Assembly: GCA_019974015.1 (NCBI GenBank)
Contig: BMAW01101096.1
Span: 180,200-222,675, forward strand
Origin: Nephila pilipes
Taxonomy: Eukaryota
Reading direction: 5' to 3'
DNA: 42,476 nt
Below the pieces are notes generated by a model. The model ran no database searches, was not told the origin of the DNA, and was given only the letters and a program-made list of their open reading frames with translations. This document shows, piece after piece, positions 1-12,314 of the stretch (within the stretch, counting starts at the first letter, position 1; every line of letters begins with the position of its first letter). Both the position numbers and the translations under genes were made by a program.

Positions 1-1284
1 AAACAAAATAATTGTGCTTTTTCAAGGGGTGGTTTGAAGAGTGGAATCTGTGTAGTGGACCAGTGAATTCTTAAAAACGACGGAGGATAGTAGAGCGAGC
101 TGTGAGACGCTAGTTTATGAATGCTATCATTCGGAATCCTAATACGCATGTGTACAATTGAAAAATTGTCGAAAAAACATGGGGATGGGAAATTTAGTTC
201 AGGATAAACACATTTGATTTTTCTCAGGAGTTCACTTTAAGCATTTAAAATAACATTTTAGTTAAATAAGATTTAAGTTGAGATCAGTGAAAACTTTCAC
301 TGTAACCAAAAGTTCGCTAAATACCGAGTTCACTATGACGAGATCCGAGGACCAGTGGTGGATTCCTGTGTACTATTTAAATAATAATTGTGTGTATTAA
401 TGAATTTATATGATGCATTGTTCATTTATGGACGTTTAAAAGTAGTTTATAAAAAGTCTTCAGAAGGTTCAGTTTTCCTTGTAGTCAAATAATTTTTAAA
501 TAATTTTGAGATCCACTTGAAAAAAATTGGTAGAAGTGCTGATGTTTACCCTCTACAAAAACACTTATGAATTTCAATTTTAATTATTCATTGATTGATT
601 TTGATAAATCACCTGAATTTCATTTAATTCATTATGTCAGATATCAATAATAAAAATTTAATACACATCCAGTGACGAAGGTAAAATGTATTTTTTCAAG
701 TTCAATTATTGCAATTGATTTTTGATGGTAATGCGAGCGATATTTATCTTCACTGATGTCACATGCTGAGAAAAATGGTAAAACTTCAAAGACATCAAAG
801 CTATTCCAGAGATGAAAAACATTTTTCCTTTAAAGTTACGTATATTAATCATAAAATAATCATATTAATTATATTAATCATAATCATAAAATCTCTCAAC
901 TCAACACTAATTATTAATTTGATTCGTTTTGTTTGAAAGCGGTATTTATTCCTTTCAATACACTAAGGCTTAGCAAAAACTACATATGCTTAGAAAAACA
1001 ATTTTAACCTGTTATTAGTGTAATTTCTTAAACTCCTTCCTTGTTTAAAAAAAAAAAATCAGCACCTCTCATTCAATCTATTTTTATTTTCACAATAATT
1101 TTTTATTCTCTTTATTCGATGCATTATCATCAAAAAATACTGATTTACAGTAATATAATCATACAATTTTGTTAGTATACCAAATTAAAAGGAGTTTCTA
1201 TTAGATATATGAAGCATACATCACTATAAAATCATATACATTTTCGAATATGAATTCTAGCTCTAAAATGTGATACATCCTATC

Positions 1285-1523
1285 AGTTGTTCGTGGTAGA
1301 AGTTGGGTCAGTGCCGGCGTTGTTTGTATCTAGTCCTTTATTCGAGACCTAATGCTTTCTGAAGTCTCACCTTGCAGCGGGGCTGATGCTCGTTAAATCT
1401 GGTCGAGGTCCTAAGTCCTCCTGTAGGTGTGGTGTGGAAGTTTGGAGAGGGAGATTCAACCTCAAATGTCCTCCTCGTCACTTGACTGAGGTTCAAAATT
1501 ATGAGGTTCGTCACCAATGGCAT
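1285..1523 (+). mobile_element. tRNA-derived SINE copy A. The head is diverged; the core (GTGGTGTGGAAGTTTGGAGAGGGAGATT) and tail (CGTCACTTGACTGAGGTTCAAAATTATGAGGTTCGTCACCAATGGC) are present.
   Basis: Seen in sequence: it aligns by eye with copy B (1858-2108) and with the reverse complement of copy D (19752-19986). Boundaries are accurate to about 15 bp. Confidence 0.5.
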
Positions 1524-1857
1524 TCGTGTTACTTTTCAGAGTACGTTACTAAACAATCAAAATAGAAATATATACGGTTACTTCCAATGTACTCTACTTC
1601 CTCTCTCCGTGTTTCCGACGTATTCTACTTTTCCTCTCCAAGCGTAATTTAGATTGCCGTAGAGTTTTGAATAACTTTCGTACAGCCTTTTTTTATTCTG
1701 AGTATGATTTACATGCATAAGAAACAACAACCGCATTCAGTGTAGTCATGGAAATTATGCTGAAGAATGCAAACTTACAAATCATCTCCTAGTTTTCATT
1801 TGTATGTATACACAGTAGTTAATTGATCAGTTGTATCTTCTTCACCTTCAGTTTAAT

Positions 1858-2108
1858 AGCCGCGGTAGCCTAGTGGTCATGGTCGTGAACTTGTAGTCGT
1901 CATTGTTTCCGCCGAGACGTGGGTTCGAGTCATGATGCCACTAAAGAAGTGTCATGTAGTGGTGTGGATTCACATTAAATGTGTACAGGATCCAACTCCT
2001 CCCGTTGACATGGTGTTGAGGTTTGAAGAGAGAATTGCCAACTTAGATGTTTTAGATGTCATCCTAGTCACTTGACCAATGTTCAAAATGACAGGGTCCA
2101 TCGCCAAT
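1858..2108 (+). mobile_element. tRNA-derived SINE copy B, with an intact Pol III A box (TAGCCTAGTGG) and B box (GGGTTCGAGTC), a conserved core and a tail, followed directly by (TA)n.
   Basis: GCCGCGGTAGCCTAGTGGTC...GGGTTCGAGTCATG matches the tRNA-like promoter boxes. The downstream core and tail are shared with copies A, C and D. The sequence is longer than a tRNA and has no cloverleaf, so it is a SINE and not a tRNA gene. Confidence 0.6.
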
Positions 2109-2125
2109 ATATATATATATATATA
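2109..2125. repeat. (TA)n microsatellite abutting the SINE 3' end
   Basis: direct read of the sequence. Confidence 0.9.
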
Positions 2126-2837
2126 ACTCTCGTGATGTATGTAAATAAATCTTGTCAGTTTTAGAATTCAATAAATAAGTACTATTTTGGTAATATATTT
2201 TACTATCAAAAAATTGGAGAGTAGCTTATTATTCATTAGTTTTGAAATATTTTCTACTACTATTCTATAAAAAACTATAAAAGATAAGCTTAGAGATTAG
2301 ATTAAATAACGAAGAAGTATGCTTATATAAACACATAGGAAATCTTCATTGTGACTTTTCTAAATCACTACTTTCTTCACTTCAAACATTATTAATGTTA
2401 ATTTGATCTCCACAAGCAGAAAGGAATTTTTTATACATATGCACTATCTGTAAAGACTTTTAAATTTCAGTAAAAAAATGTTTAAAAATTCTTTTTTTCC
2501 TCTTATTCGTATTTTCTACTAATCTAAAAAACTTTCATGCATTTTTCGACGTAATTTGATTGATCAGAAATTCTTATATAGAATGGTTAAAATTACTTAT
2601 TTCATTTCTCAAAGCTTTATTAAACGTTTAAAAACATATTTGGATATATTCATATCTGATAAATGAATCATATACATCTATAAGGAAATCATTTAAATAC
2701 AAAATTATTACATATTTGAACAATTTAGAATTTAAGCCAAAAATCATGTCACTTCTCAGTTTTGATAACGAAGGATATGAAAAACATTTGTGACTCAACA
2801 ATCTATCAATAAAAAGTTAAAAAGACCTAAATAAGCA

Positions 2838-3300
2838 AAAATTTCTGCCAGATATTTTAGTTGGTCACTAGCTTACATGATATTGCTAACTGAATTTTGG
2901 TTTTTACTTAGATTATAATAATGTGATGTATTTTTACGCGTTGTTGCAATTTCATTCGAAGGCAGCGACATCTGTGGGGATGAAGCTACTGCTTGTGCGA
3001 AAGTGACATTTTTCTCTTGACTTTATTTTTAGAGATATTGTTTTTATTAAGTGAAACTTTAGAAGATTGGGGGAAGAGTTCGCACACTTTATATGAAGCA
3101 GAGTGTCCTTTGGTATCGCATTTTATACAAGTGATATCTTCAATTTTATTTTTAATTTGGCAGTCATGGGGGGAGGGGAAGCAGAACATTTTATGCATCT
3201 TGGAATCATATGGCAGTTTTGTGAGCTGTGGTTGAATTTATTGTAGTTGTAGCATTGTGTAGTTGTGTTTTATTTGTAGCTATCTATTGTAATTGGCATA
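2838..3300 (-). pseudogene. Decayed copy of the CCHC zinc-knuckle gag-like ORF. It is about 85% identical to 8700-9260, with an in-frame stop and a Cys-to-Tyr change in the first knuckle.
   Basis: Minus-strand translation gives MPITIDSYK*NTTTQCYNYNKFNHSSQNCHMIPRC...CIKCDTKGHSASYKVCELFPQ, against the intact copy's MSITIHSYKKSTTTTTQCYNCSKFNHSAQNCHMIPRCIKC. The DNA is alignable from 2838 to 3300. Confidence 0.5.
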
Positions 3301-6300
3301 GAACATATTCTGTTTAAATCATAGATTTTTTGGTTGGTTTCATTCCTGGGTGAGGTAACCATAAAGATGGGTAAGGGGGAGCTTGGTTCGCCTATTTGCT
3401 AATTGGTTGACTTTTGTTAGATTTTGGTAATCCTTTTATAACTATTTCATATATAAGTTATAACTATTTCTTTTATACATTCATATATACGTTAAAAAGA
3501 ACACTTTTATTAATTTATAAGTAAAAATAATAAGAAAATGTTCGCCCCACTTTAAAATAATAATATTTTTGTTTAAGTATTACACGGATTCCATTCCAGT
3601 ACCATTGGTATCAGTCCATCATTGTCAATAACATTTAAACGAATTTCATCAAAGATGTTTGTGAAGTTTTAACAAAAGATGCATTATGAAAAAATCTGTT
3701 TCTTTTATAAAGATGCCAGATGGAAATGCGAACACGTGAAATGTACGTGACAGAAAGAAGATACTGTGTACGCAAATGATTAGCTTTTCAATGCATATGC
3801 ATAGCAGTTGCCGGTAGCGACACCTACGATATGTTAAAATGAAGAAATTGTACAGCGGGCTTACAGCCTACCAGGATTCTAAAGTGACTATCATCAGGAA
3901 AATGCTTTATTAAAAAGCCCGAAATTACCTGGGGGGTGCTTACATCGGGAGGGACTGGGAAAATTTTCTAGAGAAGAAGGGGGAAAGTTTAGTATACATA
4001 TTTTATATCCCGACTTGTTTTGCCTTCGTTTGATGAGCACCATTTTTTTTTCAGCTAGTTTTGAGAAAATTTTCTTTCATTATTTCATTGTTATGGTTTT
4101 ACATCAACATTATTTTAACAACTACTTTGCTAATGCTGTTTAACAAATTTTTTCTATCATTTTTTAAAAAAACGTAAAAGCATTTATTTTCTCTTATTAA
4201 TACATGTATCAAGATTGATTTTTATCTAGCAAATAGTAAATTTTGATAAACAATTCTTCTAGTAATGAAGGTGTATAAAATTATGTCATTTATGTTTTCA
4301 ATTTTTCTCATTACTAATGTGAAATCACATGGTTATATTAAATTTGAGAAAGTAATTACTGTTCCGAAATTGTGTTGAATGAAATGGCCATTAAATGTTA
4401 GGAGAAAAAAAGCTCCAGAATGATTTCAGAGATTGTAATTTTTCTTTCTCGATGTCTTTTTGTATGTTGTGAAAGTTAATAAATTTCAAAGGCTTTACAT
4501 TTCTCTGCACATTCACCTCATTATGCAATTTAAATAGGCATCTGTGAAATGTAGTGAAAAAGGAAATTTGAAGGAATTTCTGTTACTTCTTGAGTATTTG
4601 GAATTATTAAAATTTATTTGCGTTATATATATATTAATACGTGTTTATGTATTTTGTCTAGAACATAGAATTCAGATCTCTCTTCTTTTAAAAGGGAAGT
4701 TTTTTTTCCGGCGGTTTTCATCAGTGTTGTGGAAATTCTTTATGTAATCACCAGAAATCATTGATTTAGTGTTTGAGCCAATTCAATTTATTTCTTATAA
4801 GAGCCCATTGTAGTTTTTGCGTTAAGCGCAGCATTACTGGATCTAAAGGGAGTTGGCGTCGCGTTTACCTCTGCTTCGTCAGGAAGTTAGTTTAAAGACA
4901 AAAAATCATTTGAAGTATTTAAAATTAGTAGATCATGTAGTTTCTGTCGCTTAGTCGTCTTAGTGGGAGATTGAATATCCTCAGTATCAGTGGTTTTTAT
5001 CTTTTTCTGAGTGTGTGGGGCTAGAGGTGAGTCGCAGGAGAATTTATAGAATTTACAAACTCAGGAAAATAGTATCTATCTTACATATGATTTTTACAAT
5101 TGTAATTGCACGGAGAAAAACTAAGAATCTTACATGATATTTTTTCATCTCCACTCTCTTCTTTTAGATTTTTTTTTCCTCTCGTAGAGAAGCAAATTCG
5201 TATCATCAGAGTTAGCTTCTGACACTTTTCGGAGATCGGAGTGAAAAGAATTTTTTTGAACGCTGTAGTTTTCAAAATCCCTTTCTAAAAAACACATGTC
5301 ACTGCAATATCTTTGCTTTTTTTGCGAGAATTTCATCTCTCTTTTTTGTGCCCTTACTTTCGGTGCATCTTCTACGATGTTCCCGTCCGACTTTGTGGTG
5401 ACGATATCATTGAACCTTTTTCGCACTTAACTGGTTAGGACTTGAAAGCAATTTCTTGTAAGAAAATAATAATTCCTTTTAAATTTACGTGTGTGTGTAC
5501 CGTTTATTACGTTATATTAACTGGAATTGTAAGGAGTACATGATAATGATAAATAATTAAATTAATTCAATAAAATTACAGCATTTCTATCACACGTAAA
5601 GTCGTGGATGAGTGATTTAATCCTTTTTTCCAATGACATTTTATTATTGATACAGCACTCATTTTCATACTACAGAATATTTAAGTGGCATATTTAGTTA
5701 CTAAATCTACAAGCTTTAATTGGATTATTTCAATTCCTAAATTCATTACAACCTGCTTTTTTTTGCAAAGGAGGTCCAAAGGTTCTAGAATCATTTTTGT
5801 TTTTTTACACAAATACGACGAAATGTTATTTTTTCGTGTAAGCACAGTCTCACAATAACTATTTACAGTTTTAAAATATTAATTAACTTTTGAATAATTT
5901 GGTTTCTTTATCTATAACAAAATCCTTTAAAATAAAAACACATCACTATCAATTATTACAAAATCAGATTATTAATTCCTTAATATTCTTCCGTAAACGG
6001 AGTATATCAACAAGAAATAAACTGGTGAAATTACAAAATCCCTTCACTATTTTTAAACACGTTTTATGCTTTGGAAAAATTCACACAAATATGATACAAA
6101 TATAATAGCATCACTTCAGAAAGATCCACTAACGTATTCTTTCTTTAGATAAAAAAAAAAATTCCTATGTTATAAATAATCCAAAAAAAACTTATCTGCT
6201 TGAGTATATGTCCTCCATCGTAGAAATAAATAAATAAATACTAGTAAATCAGCACTATGTGAAATATTTAAAAATCGGAACAAAAAAAAATGACATCTAT

Positions 6301-7265
6301 TAAAAGCATAACCTTCCGTAAAGATGGAAAAAAGATATTGTAAGAAAAACCTTGTAAATACTGAAATCTGTTTTATGGAAACTAAAAATGAATTCGGAAA
6401 ATATTTTTATTAATTCAGAAAATACATACCTTCTCCAAACTTAAATGAACTTTCATTCGAGCGAGAATTGATTAGCAAGACATAACATCAATTTGATAAA
6501 TAAGAAAAACTTTCCTTTTATTTTTAACAGTTTTATAAGTAAGACCAAAATCCAAACTTTTGAATCCTTAACAGATGCTGCTTAACATTTAACTGTTACG
6601 AGGATCTTATAGTTAAAAGCGTCACAAATTCTAATCCTAAAATGAATGGAAAAAACCCTGTTTCGTGTAAAAAATAAGACTAAAGTTTTTTTCCTGTAAT
6701 GCGCATGAAAGCCTTATCCGGAATGTATTGCATCGAATCGACTAAAAGGTGGAGGAAATTCTTTGTTTTGATACAAATTTATATAACATAATTTTATAGT
6801 ATGTAGATAGCTTTTTTTTTTTTTTTTTGTTTTTGTTTTTTACCTTTATTTTCACACAGCAAGGAACTGAATTTAGCACTTGGATTATGTCTTCCTGAAA
6901 GTAAATTACTTTTTCTTATTAATATTTATACTTGTATTTTATGTTGTCCGTCTGTATTTCAATACCCATTTTTATGTTAGCATTCACCCCCTTGGTTCTT
7001 AGCCTATTAATATATTTTAACGAGATACACGATAAAGAAGTTTCATAATTTTCCCATGCTTTTAACTATGTGCTTTCATTTACTGAAAATAAATTTTTGT
7101 ATGAATGCATTTTTTAAAAACGAAGTTATTGTTGCTTCCTTAATATTGAAGCAAAGTTAACAAAGGAAGAAATAATTTCAAAAATATTTCATATTTTCTT
7201 CCTCTTTGACTACTCTTCTTTGTCACGCAAAGCAGGAAAGTATTCCTAAGATATTTTTCTAATTT

Positions 7266-7268
<3 letters not shown>

Positions 7269-7314
<46 letters not shown>
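7269..7314. repeat. (AT)n microsatellite, about 23 units
   Basis: Direct read. It produces the spurious (YI)n ORF 7140..7325 in the track. Confidence 0.95.
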
Positions 7315-7317
<3 letters not shown>

Positions 7318-8667
7318 TTATACATAAACTATTACAAAACTCTTTTGTCGAAATTTTAAAATTGTTTTATTTAAATTGTTATTATTCTGTAAGACTAATA
7401 ATTCCATAATACACTTTTGAATATGTCTGAACCGATTTTTGATACATTGTGCCTAAAAATTTCAGAAGTGTTGTGTTGACGCCAGAAGCGTCATCTATCT
7501 AATTCTTTCGTGTGTTCTACGAGAAGTAAACCGTGTGTGATGAGGCAATCTCTTCTCTCGTAATGTGAATAACAATTATAATTGTATTCCACTGTTAGAA
7601 TTTCTGTGTTGGTGATACATGTATTTCATAAACAGAGTTATTGACGGATACATACTGCTTTGAACATAGAACCTGTATATTTCACTCCTTTAATTTGCAT
7701 TAATGTACAAATTTCCGTAATTTTCTAACAATGAAACTCTGTACATATGTTTACCAGTTTCGATTTATTTTGCACAACATTCTTCCAAAACATTTAATTA
7801 AAAAACTTCTCGTTTGTTTGGGATACAAAATATTAAGTATTTGACAATTTACGTTTTTGATATTTTTGTTAAAGTAATATAAATAAAATTCTCTTTATAA
7901 CGTATTGTTTTATTCAATAATTTTTTTGATTCCATAACTAAACAGTGTAGAAGTATAATTCCTTTAAAAGCTCTAATCATAGATAAAGAAAGCTAATATA
8001 ACCATCCAAAACAATTTTAAACTGTGAATTAGCCGATGTATTACCTTCTGTTTTGTATAAAATAATATGATTTTTCATGGTTGGAGAACCCACAGATATG
8101 TGATTTAATTCCTTATTGAACTAAAACACGATTGATAGAAAATGAAGAGTTGATTCAAGGAAAAGTTTTCGAGATCAGCATTCATTCAATCGTATTCTAA
8201 AGGTAAAAGAAAACTCTAAACAGGTAACATTTGTTATGTTTGTGCTTTTTAATTGAACACTTCTTACTCTGATGTCGACGTTGTATATCTACGTGCGCCT
8301 AGAGAGCGGAGCTCTCTTCTAGCCCGAATACTGTATATTTTTTTGCTGCTTTGGATAGATGGAGTTTCCATTTTTGGTGGTAGAATCCTGGAAAAGTTCA
8401 TATTGAAGAGAAAAACTTGTTGCATGAGGAAGATTTGAGTTGAAGGATTTCCAATGGCTGAGGGATGAGTAGCTCTGAAACTGCTATTGGCTGCCCTTGT
8501 GGTGTGAAAATTAATTAAAAATTGTGAGGGTGTGGTAAAATGCAATTGATAATATTGAAAAGAAATAGTCTTAAGTGATAAAGCAAGAAGAATGTTGGAA
8601 AAAAAAAGAAATTTAATTTATAATATATATGAGTATAAGTTGCGATAATTAAATAGTGGTGTTACAT

Positions 8668-9252
8668 TTACTCCTCGTCGTTTAACATTAGGGTTTGTAT
8701 GATTGCAAATTTCTTGTTCGCGTTGCTTTCAGCTTCTTGAATTTTTAGTAAATTAATTAAAAGTTCTAGTAGTAGAGCTAAAATTTTTGCTAGGCCTTTT
8801 AGTTGGTCAAAAGCTTGTAGGATATTGTTAACTGGATTTTGGTTTTTTTCTTTGATTATTATAATGTGATGTATTTTACGCGTTGTTGGAATTTCGTTAG
8901 TAGGCAGTGTCATCCGTGGGGATGAAGCTACTGCTTGTGCAAAAGTGAAATTTTCTCTGGTGGTTTTATTTTTAGGGATATTGTTTTGATTAAGTGAACC
9001 ATTAGGGGGTTGAGGGAAGAGTTTGCCTCCTTTATATGAAGCAGAGTATCCTTTTGGTGTCGCAATGAATACAGGTGATTTCTTCAATTTTATTTTTAAT
9101 TTAGCAGTCGCGGGGGGGGGAGGGTCACCGGAACATTTTATGCATCTTGGAATCATATGGCAGTTTTGTGCGCTGTGGTTGAATTTACTGCAGTTGTAGC
9201 ATTGTGTAGTTGTTGTTGTTGATTTTTTGTAGCTATGTATCGTGATTGACAT
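8668..9252 (-). CDS. Intact 194-aa ORF encoding a CCHC zinc-knuckle protein, gag/ORF1-like (C-x2-C-x4-H-x4-C at CYNCSKFNHSAQNC, then CIKC...). It is retroelement-derived, either the ORF1 of a jockey/X-element-like non-LTR element or a domesticated copy.
   Basis: The ORF is in the supplied track. The zinc-knuckle spacing matches retroelement nucleocapsid knuckles (established knowledge). The ...TFAQAVASS motif resembles the S/T-Y-A-Q-A-V motif common in insect retroelement gag proteins. An in-frame stop lies about 27 codons upstream of the Met, and a TATAAAAATTAAT-like box sits on the coding strand about 80 bp upstream (plus coordinates about 9330-9342). The second copy at 2838-3300 is decayed. 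Confidence 0.45.
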   Translation of the reverse strand: MSITIHSYKKSTTTTTQCYNCSKFNHSAQNCHMIPRCIKCSGDPPPPATAKLKIKLKKSPVFIATPKGYSASYKGGKLFPQPPNGSLNQNNIPKNKTTRENFTFAQAVASSPRMTLPTNEIPTTRKIHHIIIIKEKNQNPVNNILQAFDQLKGLAKILALLLELLINLLKIQEAESNANKKFAIIQTLMLNDEE

Positions 9253-12039
9253 GTAAATATGTTGATTATGACAATCATCTTCATGTCTTGAAATGTCAAT
9301 TACTCTTTTGAACAGCTTGTGTAAATGAAATTAATTTTTATATTCTTTAACGAATGTTTGTTATTCTGATTCGATTTATGCATAAATCAAAGCCTGCAAT
9401 TTTGAATAAATATCGAAATATGAACAAGTTTGGATATTTCTTTCAATTTTTATTTATTTATTTCAGTTTTCAATTTTCTTTCAATTAATAATTTGTTTCG
9501 ATTTCTTTCGGACTATTCATATTCAGAAAATAAAAGCTCCCTGCAACTATAATCACTTATGACGAAACTAAGTTTTTTGTGATTAAAACAGCTTCACAAA
9601 TTCCATAAGTGAATTGGAATCTTTACATTACCAATATCATTCATCTAATCCATTAATCACTGAAACATTAAAAAAATAATAAAATTAAATCTTAAAGCAT
9701 CCAAATACTATTTTGTAGGATACTATCCTCTTTTGGTATCAAGAGTAACGAAACAGTACACAGTGCTGCTACATTTGTAACTAGTAACATCTCTTCTACA
9801 ATTTTATACTGCTATTTCGTAAAAACATTAAATTAACTACTCGTGACTACTGGTAAGATTAATGGAATACGCAAATAAATAATAAACTCAATAAAATAAA
9901 ACCTATTTTACAGATCATTGGAATTCATTTGAATGTAGATGAGGGTACGTTATAATAACACGTCTACTAATTGTACCCACGAGACACACATAAATATATC
10001 ATACACTAGAAGAATTTCCCCATCTTTAACCATTGTGTTTGTCCTCTGACTATGAGATACATCTTGACCGAATGCTCTGCTTTTAACTCTGTTTGTTTTG
10101 AACATTTTAAACCATACACACTGTATTTAAAAATTTATTGAGAAATTTCCCAACCAAATTTATTTAACTTTTTGCTTGACATTTGTTTACACCAAACACA
10201 TAATTTCTTAATCAGATTTTATTCTATATTTTACCCTGAGGTTGAGGGGCTTTTAAATTTTCCTACTTAATAAAAGTTATATAATTCACCTTATATTTGG
10301 TACAATATATCCCATAAGGATTCAATGCAAGAAATTTCCTACAAACAAACCATACGCATAAAACAGATACAAAATAAGCAATAAACATATTCAAATTTAA
10401 CTTATAAGTAAACCTTAGAACAAGCAAATTTAACCTTTAAAAAAATCTATCATAAACAAGAAATACTGAAGCATATATATATATATCCTTAATAAGCTAT
10501 TCACACACATTTTAGTTCACAACCTGAGAAGCTAAATTTTCAAGGTTTATTCATATGTATTACCATTATTGCTACGGATCCCTTAAAATGGAACTTTCTA
10601 CAGTTAAAAATTAAATAAATCTTTTTAAAAATGTTAATAGGAATTGAGGAAAATGTGATTATCGCGTGATTCATTACATACGAAACATCAAAAAAAAAAT
10701 TCGCTCATCGTTATTTAACTAGAATGTTAATGTTTTGGTTCTTTTAAATTTTAGTAATATTTTACAAAGAAAAAACTACAAGAAAAGTGTATCCTATGTA
10801 ATTGATGAGACAAATGAATAATGAATTGCTTATACGAAATATTTCCCATCTAAGGTATAATTCTGTAATAGTTATTTTTATCAAATACCTCTACCCTTTT
10901 TTTCTTTCCATTTTCATCATACATTTTATTTTACAGTCACAAAATAAATTAAAGGTAATTCGTTTTAAAGAAAGAAAATAAATTTTTACAGTCTTCTGAT
11001 AATCTTTGCAATTCGGAATAGTAAAACTCGACTGTACTTTCCCTTATTTTGATATTTTTGTCTGTCTTAACAACGTGTCTTTTTATTGGAATCTCTTATA
11101 TAGTCTATATATACGATGATGATTTCCAATTTAATTCAGTTTTAGAATCTCGTCTGGGGTCTAATAAAACACTTGGAAATTTACTAAGCGTTTACTGAAA
11201 TTAAATACAGATAAAGTAAAAATTATTTTTATGTATAATATTTAATTACATTTTGAGAATCGAGATTTTTCAGGTCGAAAAAATTTAAACTACATAAAAG
11301 AAGAAGAAATTAAAGTGATATTTTCCAAATACCAATAACATTCATTTCAACAGTTGTCCATACAAATAGAGATGTATTTCGTTTTTAAATTAAGCATTTT
11401 TCTTTTAGTCACATTTATACTAAATTACCAGTGGAATTAAAACTATAATTTGATTCACACAATTCTAGATTTTCATCATTCATTTTATTTTTGTATACAA
11501 GGTTTTCTGCGAAACATTGGATCAATTATTTGTTAATAAGTATAACTTATCTTTGGTAACAAGTTTCAAAAATAATAATTAAGTAAACATTTTTTTTCTA
11601 CGCTATCTTAAGTTATCGAATTCTTCACTTAAATTTCATCAGAAAATTCCTGAAAATGATTCTCTCATTTTTATTTACACACTGCTATAAGCAATGCAGT
11701 TTAAATTTAATTGAGATTAAATTCGCACTGGAGCTGCTAATGACATCTCTCAATTCAGGTTTTTAGTATAACTGACAGATATAATTTCAGGTCTCAGAGA
11801 AAAATGTTTTAATGAGCAAATATTCGAAAACCAAAATTGCTTTTTCACGGGTTTTTTTTTCCGAATCAAAAAAAAAATCAGGATCGAAGTCTTATTAGTA
11901 AATTTGGGAAAAATGTGTTATATTTTATTAAGGTGATATTTTACTTCATTTCAAAAAAAAAATTCGTACCAAAACACTTCATTTCAAAATTTCCATATAA
12001 AAGTATTTACTTTCGTGTACTACAAATTTTAATCTTAAT

Positions 12040-12135
12040 TGAATTAAAAAATTAATTAATCAAACTTAATTAATTTTTTAATTAATAATCAAACTTTTTT
12101 ATTAAAAACTTTGATTTTTTTTATTAATCAGACTT
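12040..12135. repeat. Short tandem repeat with a unit of about 22 bp (AATTAATTAATCAAACTT-like), roughly 3-4 copies
   Basis: direct read. Confidence 0.5.
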
Positions 12136-12246
12136 AAATCCTAGGATCTTCATAACGGCATTCCAGCCGTTCCCTGTGAAATAAAGGCTGGATTTTAGAA
12201 CACACATGTAATTAAAAATAATTTTATTAGACCACACATGTAATAA

Positions 12247-12314
12247 TTTTATAATATAATAGTCACTATCTTTATGAAAATATATATAAAGATAGTGACT
12301 ATTATATTATAAAA
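12247..12314. repeat. Perfect 29-bp inverted repeat (TTTTATAATATAATAGTCACTATCTTTAT / ATAAAGATAGTGACTATTATATTATAAAA) around a 10-nt loop (GAAAATATAT), giving a 68-nt perfect hairpin
   Basis: The arms were verified base by base as exact reverse complements. Confidence 0.9.

Noticed and set aside
1858-1945. tRNA gene at the SINE head (and likewise at 19900-19986)
   Set aside because: The A and B boxes are present, but the spacing and length do not allow a cloverleaf. The segment continues into a conserved SINE body shared by several copies, so it is called a SINE and not a tRNA.
4981-5033. Possible plus-strand first exon with a GAG|GTGAGT donor at about 5027, and the K/R-rich minus ORF 5145..5426
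   Set aside because: A donor-like hexamer alone is insufficient. There is no supported open frame or acceptor partner, and the K/R-rich ORF is low complexity. I cannot substantiate either from sequence alone.
7140-7325. Track ORF with (YI)n
   Set aside because: It is a translation of the (AT)n microsatellite.
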